Source: Clostridia bacterium (GTDB lineage: Bacteria; Bacillota; Clostridia; RUG12999). From it: a DNA stretch of 64,000 nt. Shown one piece after another: positions 10,258 to 19,825 of this stretch. Each line of letters begins with the position of its first letter. Positions within the stretch are counted from its first letter, which is position 1. The DNA lies in contig JAZNOL010000095.1 of NCBI GenBank assembly GCA_045580815.1, positions 6,697 through 70,696 on the forward strand, in the 5' to 3' direction. A program made the translations under genes and the position numbers. A model generated the notes under the pieces. The model saw only the letters and a list, made by a program, of their open reading frames with translations, was not told where the DNA came from and did not search any database.

Positions 10258-11100
10258 TTAACCTTTTACGGCACCATTTGCAAGACCTGAAACAAAATAT
10301 TTGTTTCCTATTGCATATACCACTAAAACAGGAAACATTGAAATTACAGAGCCTGCCATCATAAGATTCCACTGAGATGCCGATTCGCCCACATTTTTAA
10401 GTGCATAAAGTCCTGCTGAAAGTGTGCGCTGAGCCGGGTTGCTTATTGTAAAAATCATTGGCATGAGGGTTTCGTTCCATGAACTCTGAAACGCAAGTAT
10501 TCCTATTGTTGTAAGTACCGGTTGCAGAAGCGGAACAATAACTTTTAAAAATATTCCACCAAAGCCACATCCGTCAATTGTTGCCGCTTCGTCCATTTCT
10601 TTTGGAAGCGTATGTATAAACCCGCGGACAAGATATATTCCTGTTATGTTTATTCCAAAAGCCTTTATTACAAGAAGACCGGCAAGTGAGCCGCCAAGGC
10701 CCATACTTTTTACTATTTTTAAAAGCGGCACTGTTGTTGCACCACCCAGATTAACAAACATAAGTGCTGTTAATATTCCAAAAACTACTTTTTGTCCGGT
10801 AAAATGCCCTCTTGCAAAAACATATCCCCCAAGAGCAGTGCTCACAAGTTGAATAACAACTATACATGCTGAATAATAAATACTGTTCCACATAAGGGTT
10901 GGCACATGAAAGCTGTCGCTTTCCCAGGCTATCTTATAGTTTTCAAAGGTAAATATTTCAGGAAACAGTGATGCCGAGGTCATAATTTCCTGATTTGATT
11001 TGAATGATGCCAGAATCGTATAGACAAGCGGATACAAGGTTATAACAAGCACGCTTGTCAAAAACAGATAAGCAAGAGTTTTGGGTAAAATTTTTCTCAT
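10258..11100 (-). CDS. Carbohydrate ABC transporter permease (MalG-like)
   Basis: Six predicted TM segments; EAA-loop PKEMDEAATIDGCGFGGIFLKVIVP. Confidence 0.88.
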   Translation of the reverse strand: MRKILPKTLAYLFLTSVLVITLYPLVYTILASFKSNQEIMTSASLFPEIFTFENYKIAWESDSFHVPTLMWNSIYYSACIVVIQLVSTALGGYVFARGHFTGQKVVFGILTALMFVNLGGATTVPLLKIVKSMGLGGSLAGLLVIKAFGINITGIYLVRGFIHTLPKEMDEAATIDGCGFGGIFLKVIVPLLQPVLTTIGILAFQSSWNETLMPMIFTISNPAQRTLSAGLYALKNVGESASQWNLMMAGSVISMFPVLVVYAIGNKYFVSGLANGAVKG

Positions 11101-11112
11101 TTTCTTTTCCTC

Positions 11113-12045
11113 CTATGCTTCGCTGTTTTTACTTAATTTAAGATATATAAGTGACGTTGTTGCAAGCACCAATGACGTAATAACAGCCATTGCCGAGCCG
11201 TAGCCTATATTGCCGCCGTCCATAATAAAACCTGGCACAAGGTTTTTGAGAAGATGTGTCATAATAACCTCTGTTGAGCCGCCCGGACCGCCGTTTGTAA
11301 GCATAAGGATAAAATCACCTGTTGCCAGAGTTCCGTTTATTGCAAGCATTATGATAATTCTCATAACAGGCATTATCTGCGGAATGGTTATGCTGAAAAA
11401 TTGTCTGATGGGTCCTGCTCCGTCAAGAGAGGCACTTTCGTAAAGCTCTTCCGACACATTAGACATTGCCGACATAAAATAAAGAACGTTTATGCCAAAG
11501 GTATGCCAAACCGAGGCAACTACGATAACCGCCATTGCTGTTGCTTTTTCCGAAAACCAGCTGATGTTTTCTGTTATAAACCCTGCCGCTTTAAGCATAG
11601 AGTTTATAATTCCGAAATGCGAAAACATACTTGTGAACATTATGCCGACAATTGCCGCACTGATAATATTCGGCAAAAAATATATTGAACGGAAAAAACC
11701 CTTGAATTTTATTTTCCGGCTTAAAACCACTGCAAGAATAAGTGCAAGCGGTATTTCAATCGGAAGTTTGCAAACTGCAAACAAGAAAGTGTTTCCAAGT
11801 GCTTTCCAGTATCTGTCATCTACAGTAAACATTGTTATAAAGTTTTCCCAGCCGACAAACTTTGTTTCGGAGGGAACGCCCGTATAATAAAACCATGCAA
11901 GACGAACCGCCCATATAATGGGATAAAGTGTAAACACAAAAAAACCGATAATCTGCGGCGAAATCATTGCATACGCCGTCAGATCATGCTTTTGCTGAGA
12001 AGAGCCGAAATATTTTTTCTTTTTACTTTTTGTCGCAGTAGTCAT
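11113..12045 (-). CDS. Carbohydrate ABC transporter permease (MalF-like)
   Basis: TM-rich; EAA-loop YESASLDGAGPIRQFFSITIPQ. Confidence 0.88.
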   Translation of the reverse strand: MTTATKSKKKKYFGSSQQKHDLTAYAMISPQIIGFFVFTLYPIIWAVRLAWFYYTGVPSETKFVGWENFITMFTVDDRYWKALGNTFLFAVCKLPIEIPLALILAVVLSRKIKFKGFFRSIYFLPNIISAAIVGIMFTSMFSHFGIINSMLKAAGFITENISWFSEKATAMAVIVVASVWHTFGINVLYFMSAMSNVSEELYESASLDGAGPIRQFFSITIPQIMPVMRIIIMLAINGTLATGDFILMLTNGGPGGSTEVIMTHLLKNLVPGFIMDGGNIGYGSAMAVITSLVLATTSLIYLKLSKNSEA

Positions 12046-12072
12046 AACAGTCTTCCTTTCACTGCGCAGTTG

Positions 12073-12106
12073 TTACGGAGTGCCGCCGCAAAGCGGCACT
12101 CCGTAA
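12073..12106 (-). promoter_or_regulatory. Intra-operon stem-loop between the binding-protein and permease genes (14-bp stem, no U-run); candidate mRNA stabiliser or partial attenuator
   Basis: TTACGGAGTGCCGC-cgcaaa-GCGGCACTCCGTAA is perfectly palindromic. Confidence 0.45.
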
Positions 12107-12133
12107 ACTAAATTCAAATCAGTTGCAAAAAAC

Positions 12134-13516
12134 TTAATTTACAGGAACAAGAGAATTTTCTACAATATAATCTTCAAGTTTATATTTATCGCTGTTTTCT
12201 TCAAGCCATTTTGTTCTTGCCTCACCAACACGTGTTGTAAGGTCAGCAAGTGCATCATCAACGCTCACTTTTTCTGTCCAGATATCTTCAATAAATACCT
12301 GGTTGAAGTTTTTCTGACCGGTGAGTGTTGCTGTAGGTGATCTCCATGAAGGCACACTCACTTCTACAAGCTCACAGAATTCTTTCCAGCCTGTGGGAGC
12401 ATTTTCGCCAAGATCAACGTCTTTAACAATATTCCAGTCATAGGGAATTGATTTTCCGTCTTTATAAAGACCTGTCAGCACTTCTTCACTGTGAATCCAT
12501 TTGAATGCTTCCATAAGTCTTTCTTTATCTTTTGTTTCTGCCGATTTCTTGTTGATTGAAAGATAACCGTCAGAAGCCATTCTTGTTGCATAGCGCACGC
12601 CCTCTTTTGCTGTGGGAGCAGGTGCTACTGCCCAATCACATTTTGCCGGGAACTGGTCTGTATAAACGCCAACGTCATAAGAACCTGCAAATTTCATACC
12701 AACATTACCCTCTGCAAACTGTGCACGGCCGGGGTCGTTGTCAATACCCTCGGGGTCCGGATAATATGATTTGTCCGCTTTAATGCCCATATACATATCA
12801 ACAATCGGTTTATATCCCATATAATCGGTTGCGCCTGTTTCGGGATTAAAGTTCATATATCCCTGATTTGCCATACCCACAAACTCTATATCGCTGTCAA
12901 CAAACCACTTGTTTTTAAGCGGTAACATAATACCGTATTCCTGATTTTCGGGATGTGTGAGTTTTTTTGCATAGTCACGCACCTGGTCATATGTTTTGGG
13001 AGGTGTAGCCTCGCCGTTTTCATCAACAATACCGTATTTTTTAAACATATCCTTGTTATAAACCATACCAAATGTTGTTACATAAAACGGAACTCTGTAT
13101 GTTTTGCCCTCGTTCATATGTGTGCCTTCAACAAGTTTGCCTTCGTACTGTTTGATATATTCCGGACCACCGGGCATATCGTCAAGAGCTATTATTTTAT
13201 CCATCTCTGAATATTTTTTAACTGCCGCCGAGAAGAAATCAGGTGCATTGTCAGCTTCTATCGCCATTGTAACAGCTTCGCCGCTTGACTGAATCTGATA
13301 ATCAATTTTGATACCTTTTTCTTTACCTTCGCCCTCGTTATATTTGCTTACAAGAGCCTCCATTGTTGCTTTGGAGTGTGAATCGTTTGTCCACGCTGTA
13401 AATGTCCATGTGTCGCTGGATTTGTTGTAACCCGTATCATTGCCGCCGCAGGCACAAAGCGATGCCGCCATTGCAAGCGAAAGCGCTGCGCAAATAATTC
13501 TTTTGCCGTTTTTCAT
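12134..13516 (-). CDS. Extracellular solute-binding lipoprotein of the sugar ABC transporter
   Basis: Lipoprotein signal MKNGKRIICAALSLAMAASLCACGG; size and composition fit SBP family 1. No ABC ATPase gene is present in the cluster. Confidence 0.85.
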   Translation of the reverse strand: MKNGKRIICAALSLAMAASLCACGGNDTGYNKSSDTWTFTAWTNDSHSKATMEALVSKYNEGEGKEKGIKIDYQIQSSGEAVTMAIEADNAPDFFSAAVKKYSEMDKIIALDDMPGGPEYIKQYEGKLVEGTHMNEGKTYRVPFYVTTFGMVYNKDMFKKYGIVDENGEATPPKTYDQVRDYAKKLTHPENQEYGIMLPLKNKWFVDSDIEFVGMANQGYMNFNPETGATDYMGYKPIVDMYMGIKADKSYYPDPEGIDNDPGRAQFAEGNVGMKFAGSYDVGVYTDQFPAKCDWAVAPAPTAKEGVRYATRMASDGYLSINKKSAETKDKERLMEAFKWIHSEEVLTGLYKDGKSIPYDWNIVKDVDLGENAPTGWKEFCELVEVSVPSWRSPTATLTGQKNFNQVFIEDIWTEKVSVDDALADLTTRVGEARTKWLEENSDKYKLEDYIVENSLVPVN

Positions 13517-13541
13517 AATATTATCTCCTTTTTTTTATTTT

Positions 13542-13579
13542 ATTGCATCTGCCGCATATGCGGTTGCGGCAGATGCAAT
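13542..13579 (-). promoter_or_regulatory. Strong dyad stem-loop (15-bp stem) between the giant-protein gene and the binding-protein gene
   Basis: ATTGCATCTGCCGCA-tatgcggt-TGCGGCAGATGCAAT. It is flanked by T-runs on the plus strand and A-runs on the minus strand, so it is not a canonical terminator for the minus-strand operon. Confidence 0.45.
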
Positions 13580-13591
13580 TTTAATTTTTAA

Positions 13592-16500
13592 TTATTCTGT
13601 ATATGCAACTGCACTGCTCATCGGAGGAATAACAACTTTTTCGCCGTTGATAAATCCGTAAAGTGTTACAGTTTCACTTGGGTTGTAGATATAATCTTTG
13701 CCAACCTCAACATTTTTTGATGCCATGTAGTAGTCGTAAATATCAATAGTGGTTGCTCTCCACACATCGGGACGGTTAAATTTTGCACAAAAGGCATCAA
13801 AGTTTTTAACTACTTTTGCTGTGGGACCTGCATCAGGATTAGTTTCATCAGGTGCAACTTCTGCCGCATGTGTCCATACAGAGAACATAAGCAGTTCTTC
13901 GTTGTCTTCGGTATTCAGGAAAGTATTTACAACATCGTTGTGATAATCATACCAGAGTGCACTTTCGAGTGTGTATGTACATCTCCATTCCATCCAGTCT
14001 TCAGGCATTGAGAACGAGCTTGAAAAACCTACATGTCGTGCAGATACATAACCAAGCTCTCTGAGATAATCTTTAAGAGCTTCATATTCTTCTTCGCCAC
14101 GTGCTACAGGTGCCTGATAAGGCCACATAAAGTTTCTGGGTGTTACGCCGTATGCTTCAATCATTTTTTCGTGCTGTGATAAAATTGATTTTTTACAGTC
14201 TTCCAGAGTATATACCTCTGCATTACTCATTGCAATGTGTGAAGAATGGTTTGCAAGCTCGTGACCGTGTTCAAGTGCTGTGTTGTAAAACTCAGGCACG
14301 TTGTTGTATGCAAGGTTGAAGGTTCCTTTGATATCGTTTTTATCCATAATTTCCATTACACGTTTGTCAGGTTCAACAATACCGTCATCATAGTTGATGC
14401 TCATTGACTTATTTGTGAATGTGGGGTATGTAATGCGATATTCGTTAATTTCGCCTTTTTCATAAACTTTAGCCTGTGTAAGCGGTTTTACTCCTGCAAA
14501 AGAACCGTCCCAGCAGAGGAGTTTAAGTTTTTTGTAATCTGCCGGTGTTTCAATATCAAGCGTCATTGTGTCAACATTTGTGTTTGAATAAGGCAACTCA
14601 ACTTCTGATGCGCTGATGAGTTTGTCATTTTCTCCATAGAATGCCGCAATATATTTTGCGTTTTCGGTATAATAAGCACTGCCGAGGGTAATTTCAAGAC
14701 CGCCGCCGCTTGTATTAACCGAATATTCGCGGATAACATCCACATCAATACTTACAGAGTTACCTACTTCTGTTGCTGTTACTTTAACAGCACTGTCTGT
14801 TTCTTTTGAGGGAACAAGCTCGTTTCCTGATGCTGTAACGTATCCGTCCGCAGAATATGTCCAAACTGCCGCATCTGTATCGTAACTGTCAATTCTCGGA
14901 ACGAGATGCAGTTTTGAACCAATTCTCACATCAAGATTATCTACCTCGGTATAAACTTTGATTTCCGAAGCACTACCGCCATTTGAGGAAAGTTTGATGT
15001 ATCTGTAAAGGTTGTTTGTTTTTGTGTTTACTATTTCGCCGTCTTCGGTGATTTTTTCAAGATAATACCATGTTGCATTATCATCAGACACATACATATC
15101 AACTGTGCCATTTACGCCCGAAGCAACTACTTTTCTGATAATTCCGCTACGCTGCATATCAATAACAACATCACCTGCAAAAGTGTATAATGCATCGGTT
15201 TTGCCGTCATTAAGCACACCTGCGTTTGTATCTTCTGCATAAACAGGTTTGTTTGCTGTTGCGTTTTCATACATCATATTAACCGCTTCTTCTTTTTCGT
15301 CAATATATGTATCAACGCTGCCGGCAACCATGTTGTCATAATATGCCATATATCCGCTGTTGCTTGCAATTGCTATTCTGCCGTTTGTTTTAATGGGTGA
15401 GGGGTCATCATAGCTGCCTGCAAAAAGCACTTCTCCGCTATCCTTTTTAGTTACCGAATAAGTGATAACATTGCCTGATTTTCTCATTTCGAGAGTCACC
15501 CAGGTTAAGTTTATGGCAGGAATTTCAGATACTGAATCTATATAACTGTCTTCCTCTGTTTCCGCAACCTTATTAAAGCTTATTGTAATCGGATTATACG
15601 GATTTCCGGTGATTCTCAGGTCATAAAACACTGTTTCGCCGTCCTGAACAGACATTCTGATACCGGCAGATTTCACGCCCCAATGCGTCAATTTCATATC
15701 TGTTTTAAACATGAAATCTTTTTTCTCATCGGGTTTGAGTTTGAGGTTTGCAGTTCCCCAGCTGTTATTTGTGCCCATTTCCGCAAGCACGGTGTTGCCG
15801 TCGTCAAGAGTTATTGACTGCATGCTTACACCATCGTTCCAGCCTTTCCACTGGCTTGATGTTGACCAGTCGCCAACTTTTTTGCCCGGGCCGGTAAGTG
15901 CCGCTTCCATATTTTCATAGTCTTCAAAATCTTCTGTATAAAGAAGTGTAACAGGTTTGTTTGCTTCAACTTTTACTGAAAGTGATGCATCGCCGAATGA
16001 TGCGGTTGCTGTTGTAGTACCAAAACCGACTGCCTTTATGTATGCACCATCTGCCATAGCAACTTTGTCGTCACTTACTGACCATACACCGCCGTCAAAT
16101 TTATCTTCTCCGCCAAGACGGGGGTACAATTTAAGCACTGTTTCTTCATCAAGCTGATATGTTTTGGTAAGGTCTGCTTCATTAAGAATTTTAACGCCGT
16201 CAACAGTAAAATCATCGCCGCCGTGATTTACAATTATAACTGTTTTAGCCTGCTGAACTGCAGTTGTGTTAAGAATATTTCCCTCTGCTGACAGTTCGCC
16301 GAGCTTTGTCCATGTTGAAATACTGTTTTCAATTGATTCTGCAAGATAAACGCTTACCGCACTTGGTGTTTCAAGACCGTCAAGCATCACACGGCGTATT
16401 TTCTGTGCGTCTTCAAATGTGTATGTAACGTATTTGTACTCTGTGTTTGTTTCTACTGTTGCATCAGATGCAATATCCTGATACATTATTGTTGCCGGGT

Positions 16501-17935
16501 CTTCTTTTGCACCTACAAACGGGTCAACACTGCCTGCAACCATGTTGTCGTAATAGTTGGGCTGTCCGCTGTTGCTTGCAACAGAAATTCTTCCTGTTGT
16601 TTCAAGAGGTGACGGGTCGTTATAACTGCCTTCAAAAATCACTGTGCCGTCAGCTTTTTTTGCAACCGAATAATAGATAGTGTTTCCGGATTTTCTCAGT
16701 TCAACAGTTACCCATCCATCATTTATTGCCGCAATATTACTTTCTGAATATGTATATTCTGTTGCACTGTCTCCCGTAACCTTTAAAAAGCTCATTGTCA
16801 TGGGGTTATAGGGATTTGTGCCCATTCTGAGTGCGTAATACTTTTTCTGTGTGCTGTCAACGCAAATACGGATATCGTTATTTCTGTTTGACCAATGAGT
16901 GTACGCCAAGTCTGTTTTAAACATGAAATCCATATCGGGGTCAGCTTCAATGTTAAGTACTGATGCACCCCAGCTGCCATCTGTACCTCTTGCGGCAAGA
17001 ACGGTGTTGCCGTCATCAAGAGTAAGCGATTGCAACATTACGCCATCGTTCCAGCCTTTCCATGTGTTTGACGTTGTCCAGTCGCCGACTGTCTGGTTCG
17101 GACCTGTAAGTGCCGCTTCCATGTTTTCATAGTCTTCAAAATCTTCTCTATAAAGATTGTCCTCCGGCTCAACAATAACAGGTGCAACAGCACTGACTTC
17201 CATATTGTCATAATAGTTATAAATTCCGCTGTTGCTTGCAACAGAAATTTTCCCTGTTGTTGCAAGAGGTGCCAGGTCCACATAGTTTCCGCTGAACACT
17301 ACCACGCCGTCAGCTTTTTTCGTTACTGAATAACTGATTAAATTGCCGGTTTTTTTCAGTTCAAGAGTTACCCATGCATTATTTATTGCCGCAACATCGC
17401 TTTTTGAATATGTATATTCTGTTGCGGTGTCTCCCGTAACCTTGTGAAAACTCATTGTCATGGGGTTGTAGGGATTTGTGCCCATTCTGAGCGCGTAATA
17501 TGATGTTTCTTTTTCATTTACACATATGCGGATGTCATTATTCCGGCTATTCCAACCTGAATGTTTCATATCTGTTTTGAAAACAAAATCATCATTTGCA
17601 CCAATATTTTCAAGTTTCAGATTTGATGCACCCCAGCTGTTGTCTGTACCCATTGCCGCAAGAACGGTGTTGCCGTCGTCAAGAGTAATTGACTGCAATT
17701 TAAGACCGTCCTGCCAGCCTTTCCATACGGTTGATGTTGTCCAGTCGCCGACTGTCTGGCTCGGACCTGTAACCGGGTCTGTCATGTTTTCATAGTCTTC
17801 AAAATCTTCGGTATAAATAATACCTGTTGCATCAGTTTCGGTATCTGCGGCAAAAACCGAACCCGTTGCCATTGTTGCCGCAAGCATAAGCACAAAAAGC
17901 ACCAATGCCACAGCACGTTTAAATGTTTTTTTCAT
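13592..17935 (-). CDS. Secreted 1447-aa protein: three LamG-like DDFEDYENM modules, two discoidin-like plus Big_2-like segments and a C-terminal CE4 polysaccharide deacetylase domain
   Basis: Signal peptide MKKTFKRAVALVLFVLMLAATMATGSVFA. Three modules are about 80 % identical to one another (EDFEDYENM...VGDW...YYALRMGTNPYNPMTMSF.KVTGD). The CE4 motifs are present: SINYDDG (the TFDDG-like motif), HGHELANHS and MWPYQAP. Confidence 0.85.
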   Translation of the reverse strand: MKKTFKRAVALVLFVLMLAATMATGSVFAADTETDATGIIYTEDFEDYENMTDPVTGPSQTVGDWTTSTVWKGWQDGLKLQSITLDDGNTVLAAMGTDNSWGASNLKLENIGANDDFVFKTDMKHSGWNSRNNDIRICVNEKETSYYALRMGTNPYNPMTMSFHKVTGDTATEYTYSKSDVAAINNAWVTLELKKTGNLISYSVTKKADGVVVFSGNYVDLAPLATTGKISVASNSGIYNYYDNMEVSAVAPVIVEPEDNLYREDFEDYENMEAALTGPNQTVGDWTTSNTWKGWNDGVMLQSLTLDDGNTVLAARGTDGSWGASVLNIEADPDMDFMFKTDLAYTHWSNRNNDIRICVDSTQKKYYALRMGTNPYNPMTMSFLKVTGDSATEYTYSESNIAAINDGWVTVELRKSGNTIYYSVAKKADGTVIFEGSYNDPSPLETTGRISVASNSGQPNYYDNMVAGSVDPFVGAKEDPATIMYQDIASDATVETNTEYKYVTYTFEDAQKIRRVMLDGLETPSAVSVYLAESIENSISTWTKLGELSAEGNILNTTAVQQAKTVIIVNHGGDDFTVDGVKILNEADLTKTYQLDEETVLKLYPRLGGEDKFDGGVWSVSDDKVAMADGAYIKAVGFGTTTATASFGDASLSVKVEANKPVTLLYTEDFEDYENMEAALTGPGKKVGDWSTSSQWKGWNDGVSMQSITLDDGNTVLAEMGTNNSWGTANLKLKPDEKKDFMFKTDMKLTHWGVKSAGIRMSVQDGETVFYDLRITGNPYNPITISFNKVAETEEDSYIDSVSEIPAINLTWVTLEMRKSGNVITYSVTKKDSGEVLFAGSYDDPSPIKTNGRIAIASNSGYMAYYDNMVAGSVDTYIDEKEEAVNMMYENATANKPVYAEDTNAGVLNDGKTDALYTFAGDVVIDMQRSGIIRKVVASGVNGTVDMYVSDDNATWYYLEKITEDGEIVNTKTNNLYRYIKLSSNGGSASEIKVYTEVDNLDVRIGSKLHLVPRIDSYDTDAAVWTYSADGYVTASGNELVPSKETDSAVKVTATEVGNSVSIDVDVIREYSVNTSGGGLEITLGSAYYTENAKYIAAFYGENDKLISASEVELPYSNTNVDTMTLDIETPADYKKLKLLCWDGSFAGVKPLTQAKVYEKGEINEYRITYPTFTNKSMSINYDDGIVEPDKRVMEIMDKNDIKGTFNLAYNNVPEFYNTALEHGHELANHSSHIAMSNAEVYTLEDCKKSILSQHEKMIEAYGVTPRNFMWPYQAPVARGEEEYEALKDYLRELGYVSARHVGFSSSFSMPEDWMEWRCTYTLESALWYDYHNDVVNTFLNTEDNEELLMFSVWTHAAEVAPDETNPDAGPTAKVVKNFDAFCAKFNRPDVWRATTIDIYDYYMASKNVEVGKDYIYNPSETVTLYGFINGEKVVIPPMSSAVAYTE
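13945..14545 (-). other. CE4 (polysaccharide deacetylase) catalytic domain region of the 1447-aa protein
   Basis: The Asp motif YDDG, the His motif HGHELANHS and the RxPY-like WPYQAP occur in the expected order. Confidence 0.65.
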
Positions 17936-17979
17936 GGATTTCTCCTCCTTTAAATAATTTTTCGGTATATGCTATTTTA

Positions 17980-18008
17980 ATTATAATTCAACTTTAACAC
18001 AAAATCAA
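17980..18008 (-). promoter_or_regulatory. Candidate sigma-A promoter for the minus-strand operon (-10 TATAAT, 17-nt spacer, -35 TTGATT)
   Basis: Minus-strand read: TTGATT-ttgtgttaaagttgaat-TATAAT. Plus-strand coordinates are -10 at 17980..17985 and -35 at 18003..18008, about 45 nt upstream of the start codon at 17935. Confidence 0.5.
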
Positions 18009-18346
18009 TATGATAAATTATACTCATTTTTCAAAAATTTCCCCGAAAATCACTCTTAATTAGACCAAACTTGCAGACTGAGATAAAAAAAACATAATTA
18101 AGATTCTTTTTCTTCCATTATGAAAGCATTAAAATTGCTAAAAAAATTAAAAAACATGAAAAACACAAAGTGCCGTAAACCCTGATTATATACAGGGTTA
18201 CAGCACTTTCCTTAAATTACTAATTTCGGTGAGGCTCTGGGTAAATTACAGGAAGCCAAATGCAAAAAGAATCGCTTCTATATAAATAGATAATACCAGT
18301 CATAATCATCGGCAAATAAGCTTGTTAAACAACTACAGACACCAGC

Positions 18347-18417
18347 AAAATCCCCCCGTATAACGGCGGTTAGTCTTAGGACGAAGCCATCGAACGGGGG
18401 GATTTTTCTGAAATTTT
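18347..18417 (+). terminator. Terminator-like hairpin with an 8-bp G/C stem, large loop and U-run, inside the divergent regulatory region; related to the hairpin at 52842
   Basis: AAAATCCCCCCG-tataacggcggttagtcttaggacgaagccatcgaa-CGGGGGGATTTTT. Confidence 0.4.
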
Positions 18418-18516
18418 GTTAAAATGTCATGTGAATCTGTTCTCCATATTTTTCATTTACTTATAAAAACTCTCCTTTTAAGAGAATTCCAAAAATTTCA
18501 TTCTCTTAATTATATG

Positions 18517-18545
18517 TTGAAATCAAAAAATGTGTATGATATAAT
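18517..18545 (+). promoter_or_regulatory. Strong sigma-A promoter (-35 TTGAAA, 17-nt spacer, extended -10 TGaTATAAT) upstream of the XRE-fusion regulator and the plus-strand operon
   Basis: TTGAAA(18517..18522)-tcaaaaaatgtgtaTGa-TATAAT(18540..18545); the coding start is at 18662. Confidence 0.6.
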
Positions 18546-18661
18546 ACAGATATAAGGGTATTCCTTTCCTTATTATATCTACACGCTAAAAATGCAATTA
18601 ACAGCATTCTTCAAAAAAGAGAGTTTTAATAACAATTAACTACATAACGGAGAGAGTAACA

Positions 18662-19768
18662 ATGACAGACTACATAAACAATTTTTCAAACAATTTATAT
18701 ACTCACCGAAAAAGAATGGGACTGACCCAGCGTGAGCTTGGAGATATGCTTAACTTTTCCGAAAAAACTGTAAGCAAATGGGAAATTGGTGCATCTATTC
18801 CCGGAGCGGATGTTCTTTTGAAAATGTCCGAGATTTTTAACACATCAATAGACGCACTGCTCAAAAGCTCATTCAAACGGCTTTACCTCGGCATAGACGG
18901 CGGCGGCACAAAAACCGCTCTGGAACTTATGGACGAGTGCGGCAAGGTTGTTAGTTTTTTGGAAACCGATGGCTGTAATCCTTTTGATGTGGGTATGGAC
19001 GTATCTAAAAACATTTTAAGAAACGCAATACATAAAATCTGTGCAAAGGTAACCATGTCCGATGTTGTGACTTTTGCCGGAATTGCCGGTGGAATTTCCG
19101 GTAACAACAAGGCAATTTACGAAGACTTTTTTAAAGAGTTTAATTTTGCCGCTGCATACAACGGCAGTGATAACGAAAACGTTGTTTTTGCCGGACTTGG
19201 AACAGAGGATGGTATTGCCGTCATTATGGGAACGGGTGTTTGTGTTTACCGTGTGAAAAATGGTATTATGGACAGACTCTCTGGTTGGGGACATCTTATC
19301 GACGATGGCGGAAGCGCCTATAACATAGGCAGAGATGCACTTGCCGCAGTTTATGCTCAAAGTGACGGTACCGGTAAAAAGACACAGATTACAGATATAA
19401 TTCTTAATTCAAATGAAAATTTAAATACTATCCTCACCGATGTATATGCTCTTGGCAAAAAGAAGGTAGCATCTTATGCTCCCATGGTATTTGAAGCTGC
19501 AAAGCAGGGCGACGAAATTGCCTCAAAAATAATAACACGAAACATGAAAGTTGCAGCACACATTATTGAAACTGCTGCAAAACCTTTTGAGACCTCTCCT
19601 GTTCGCACAGTTATTGCCGGTGGACTTATAAAACAGCCGGAGCTTATAAATTATATTAAACAGGAGCTTAAAAATCCTGAAAAATTTGATATGTCCTATT
19701 TGAACGTTCCTCCCGTAAAAGGTGCAGTAATGCTTGCAAAATATAAGTGGAACAACGAAAATATATAA
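18662..19768 (+). CDS. Transcriptional regulator: N-terminal XRE-family HTH fused to a BadF/BadG/BcrA/BcrD-type ATPase domain (N-acetylglucosamine-kinase-like)
   Basis: HTH_3 motif: MGLTQRELGDMLNFSEKTVSKWEIGASIPGADVLLKMSEIF. The sugar-kinase phosphate-1 motif is LGIDGGGTKTAL, followed by an actin-fold ATPase region. Confidence 0.8.
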   Translation: MTDYINNFSNNLYTHRKRMGLTQRELGDMLNFSEKTVSKWEIGASIPGADVLLKMSEIFNTSIDALLKSSFKRLYLGIDGGGTKTALELMDECGKVVSFLETDGCNPFDVGMDVSKNILRNAIHKICAKVTMSDVVTFAGIAGGISGNNKAIYEDFFKEFNFAAAYNGSDNENVVFAGLGTEDGIAVIMGTGVCVYRVKNGIMDRLSGWGHLIDDGGSAYNIGRDALAAVYAQSDGTGKKTQITDIILNSNENLNTILTDVYALGKKKVASYAPMVFEAAKQGDEIASKIITRNMKVAAHIIETAAKPFETSPVRTVIAGGLIKQPELINYIKQELKNPEKFDMSYLNVPPVKGAVMLAKYKWNNENI

Positions 19769-19825
19769 AATCATTAAATTATTATTATGTCACATATAAC
19801 TATTATTTTCAAGGAGGCAGGCTAA

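Noticed and set aside
13749-17795. Plus-strand ORFs 15711..15920, 16899..17132 and 17526..17795, which give near-identical peptides
   Set aside because: They are antisense images of the three tandem modules of the 1447-aa gene. They are useful as evidence of DNA-level repeats but are not genes.
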